Origin: Azolla caroliniana
Taxonomy: Eukaryota > Plantae > Polypodiophyta
Direction: 5' to 3'
Assembly: GCA_043228905.1 (NCBI GenBank)
Contig: JBHGNT010000121.1
Coordinates: 10,960-74,959 of the forward strand
Length of the DNA stretch: 64,000 nucleotides
Positions 62,416 to 64,000 of the stretch are shown here, piece by piece. A model generated the notes under the pieces. It was not told the origin of the DNA. It worked only from the letters and a program-made list of their open reading frames with translations, and made no database searches. The translations under genes and the position numbers were made by a program. How positions within the stretch are numbered: position 1 is the stretch's first letter; each line of letters opens with the position of its first letter.

Positions 62416-64000
62416 GCCGATATTCCTCATGTTGGATCCCTAGCTCTCCGATGTAGTCCTTCATCTAGATTATCTCCTTGTCAGCTTCCACAGTTGCCAC
62501 GTACTCCGCCTCCGTGGTTGACAGCGCAACTGTCTTCTGCAGCCTCGATTGCCACGAAACAGCTCCCCCTGCATAAGTCATGCCATAACCAGATGTAGAT
62601 CGGCTGGTATCCGCATCAGCTGATATATCCGAATCCGTGAATCCTTCAAGTTGGGTATTACTGGAGCCGAACTGGAGGGACATACTCGAGGTGCCTTTCA
62701 AATACCGGAGTAACCACTTGACCGCGTTCCAATGCTCTCTTCCGAAATTGCTCATGAATCGGCTTACCACTCTGACTACATATCTGATATCCGGTCGGGT
62801 ACATACCATCGTGTACATCAAGCTTCTGACGATAGAGGCATACGGTATCTTCATAATATCTTTCTTCTCCGCCTTTGTCCTCGGACTTTTGTTTTCCGGA
62901 TAGCTTGCAGTTTGCCGGAAGTGTCGATCCGACCTGCTTCGCCTCCGACATGTTGAACCGTTGGAGCACCTTTGTCACGTACTTCTCCTATGACAACCAC
63001 AACAACTTCTTTGACCGGTCCCGGATGATGTGCATTCCCAATATCTGTCTTGCTGACCCGAAGTCTTTCATTGAGAAGGTCCGTTTCAGAGCCTTCTTTA
63101 GCATCCGTATCTTGATTTGGTCTTGTCCAACGATCAACATATCATCCATCATATAGGAGAAATATCAGGAAATCTCGTCTGTCAAATTTCTTCACAAACA
63201 CACAGTGATCGGCCTGTATTTTGTGGTACCCTTGGTCGGCCATGGAGGAGTTCAACTTTCGGTACCATTGCCAGGGAGCTTGCTTCAGTCTGTATAGGCT
63301 CTTTTTCAGCCGACACACCAGGTGCACCTTCCGTTTCTTCTCAAATCCTTCCGGTTGATGCATGTAGATCTCTTCTTCGAGGTCGCTAGTAGGAATGTCA
63401 TCTTGACATCCAATTCCTCTACCTCGATGTCCATGCTTGTCGTTATGCCCAATACCGTCCAGATGGATGTCATCTTTACTACCGGGGCAAAGATCTCATC
63501 GAAATCCACTCCTTTCTTCTCCTCGAACCCCTTCACCACAATTCGGGCTTTGTATCTCGGTGGGTTTCCGGCATCTCCCGGTTTTAGCTTGTACACCCAC
63601 TTGTTCCGGAGTGTCCTCTTCCCTTTTGGCAACTTTGTCAATTCATATGTGTGGTTCTCATGCAGGGAATCCATCTCATCCTGCATGGCACTTAACCACT
63701 TGTGGTTGTGGTTGTCTCTCTTTGCTTCTTAGAAGCTTTCTGGCTCCCCCTCATCAGTTAGCAACACATGCTCTGCATCCAAAAATCTCCGGGGGGTTCT
63801 TCTCTCTCGGAGAGGATATCTCCATCCTTGGTTTCTCTCTGACTACTGGTTCCTCCATTTGTTCCTCATCCGAATCCGATTCGGGATCTTCTCCGATTCT
63901 GGTGTCTCCTTCTTCTTCTTCGTTCAGTTCGGTTTCCAACCTGTTTGTCAAGTGTCATCCGGTACCGGCTAGCGTCCGGTTTTCAACCGGGTATATCCTT
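62416..64000 (-). mobile_element. Tork/Tnt1-like copia RT/RNase H remnant, host of the chromovirus
   Basis: Minus-strand GKRTLRNKWVYK, LKQAPWQWY, IPYASIVRSLMY, FTDSD, VSWQSRLQKTVALSTTEAEY; continues past the window end. Confidence 0.9.

Overview
Eukaryotic (plant, probably non-seed plant such as a fern; inferred from element types, intron style and (CT)n-rich LTRs) genomic window that is mostly nested retrotransposons around a ~9 kb island with two convergent genes: an 8-exon TLDc/OXR-family gene (+, 25502-30902) and an intronless organelle-targeted RRM glycine-rich RNA-binding protein (-, 33208-33735). Left arm: a near full-length decayed RTEX-like LINE split by a solo LTR (itself holding a full copia) and two further LTRs, then a Tat-like gypsy holding an AT-rich copia, then fused copia remnants. 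Right arm: hAT-type MITE, a Tork-like copia remnant holding a young almost intact copia and another copia, a tRNA-Trp-primed gypsy with fungal-type RT motifs, a chromovirus and a minus-strand Tork remnant. I found no new multi-gene system; the most interesting signals are small cis structures: a plastid-16S-like 33-mer templated into one LTR, a G_GAU_UUU plus pseudoknot frameshift signal after a gag-protease ORF, covarying hairpins around the PPT of several elements, a ~180-codon post-RNase H extension, a spaced hairpin array and tRNA-like motif in a chromovirus leader, and a LINE 3' stem-loop tail reappearing alone inside a (CT)n tract. All family assignments are from motif recognition by eye, with no database search.
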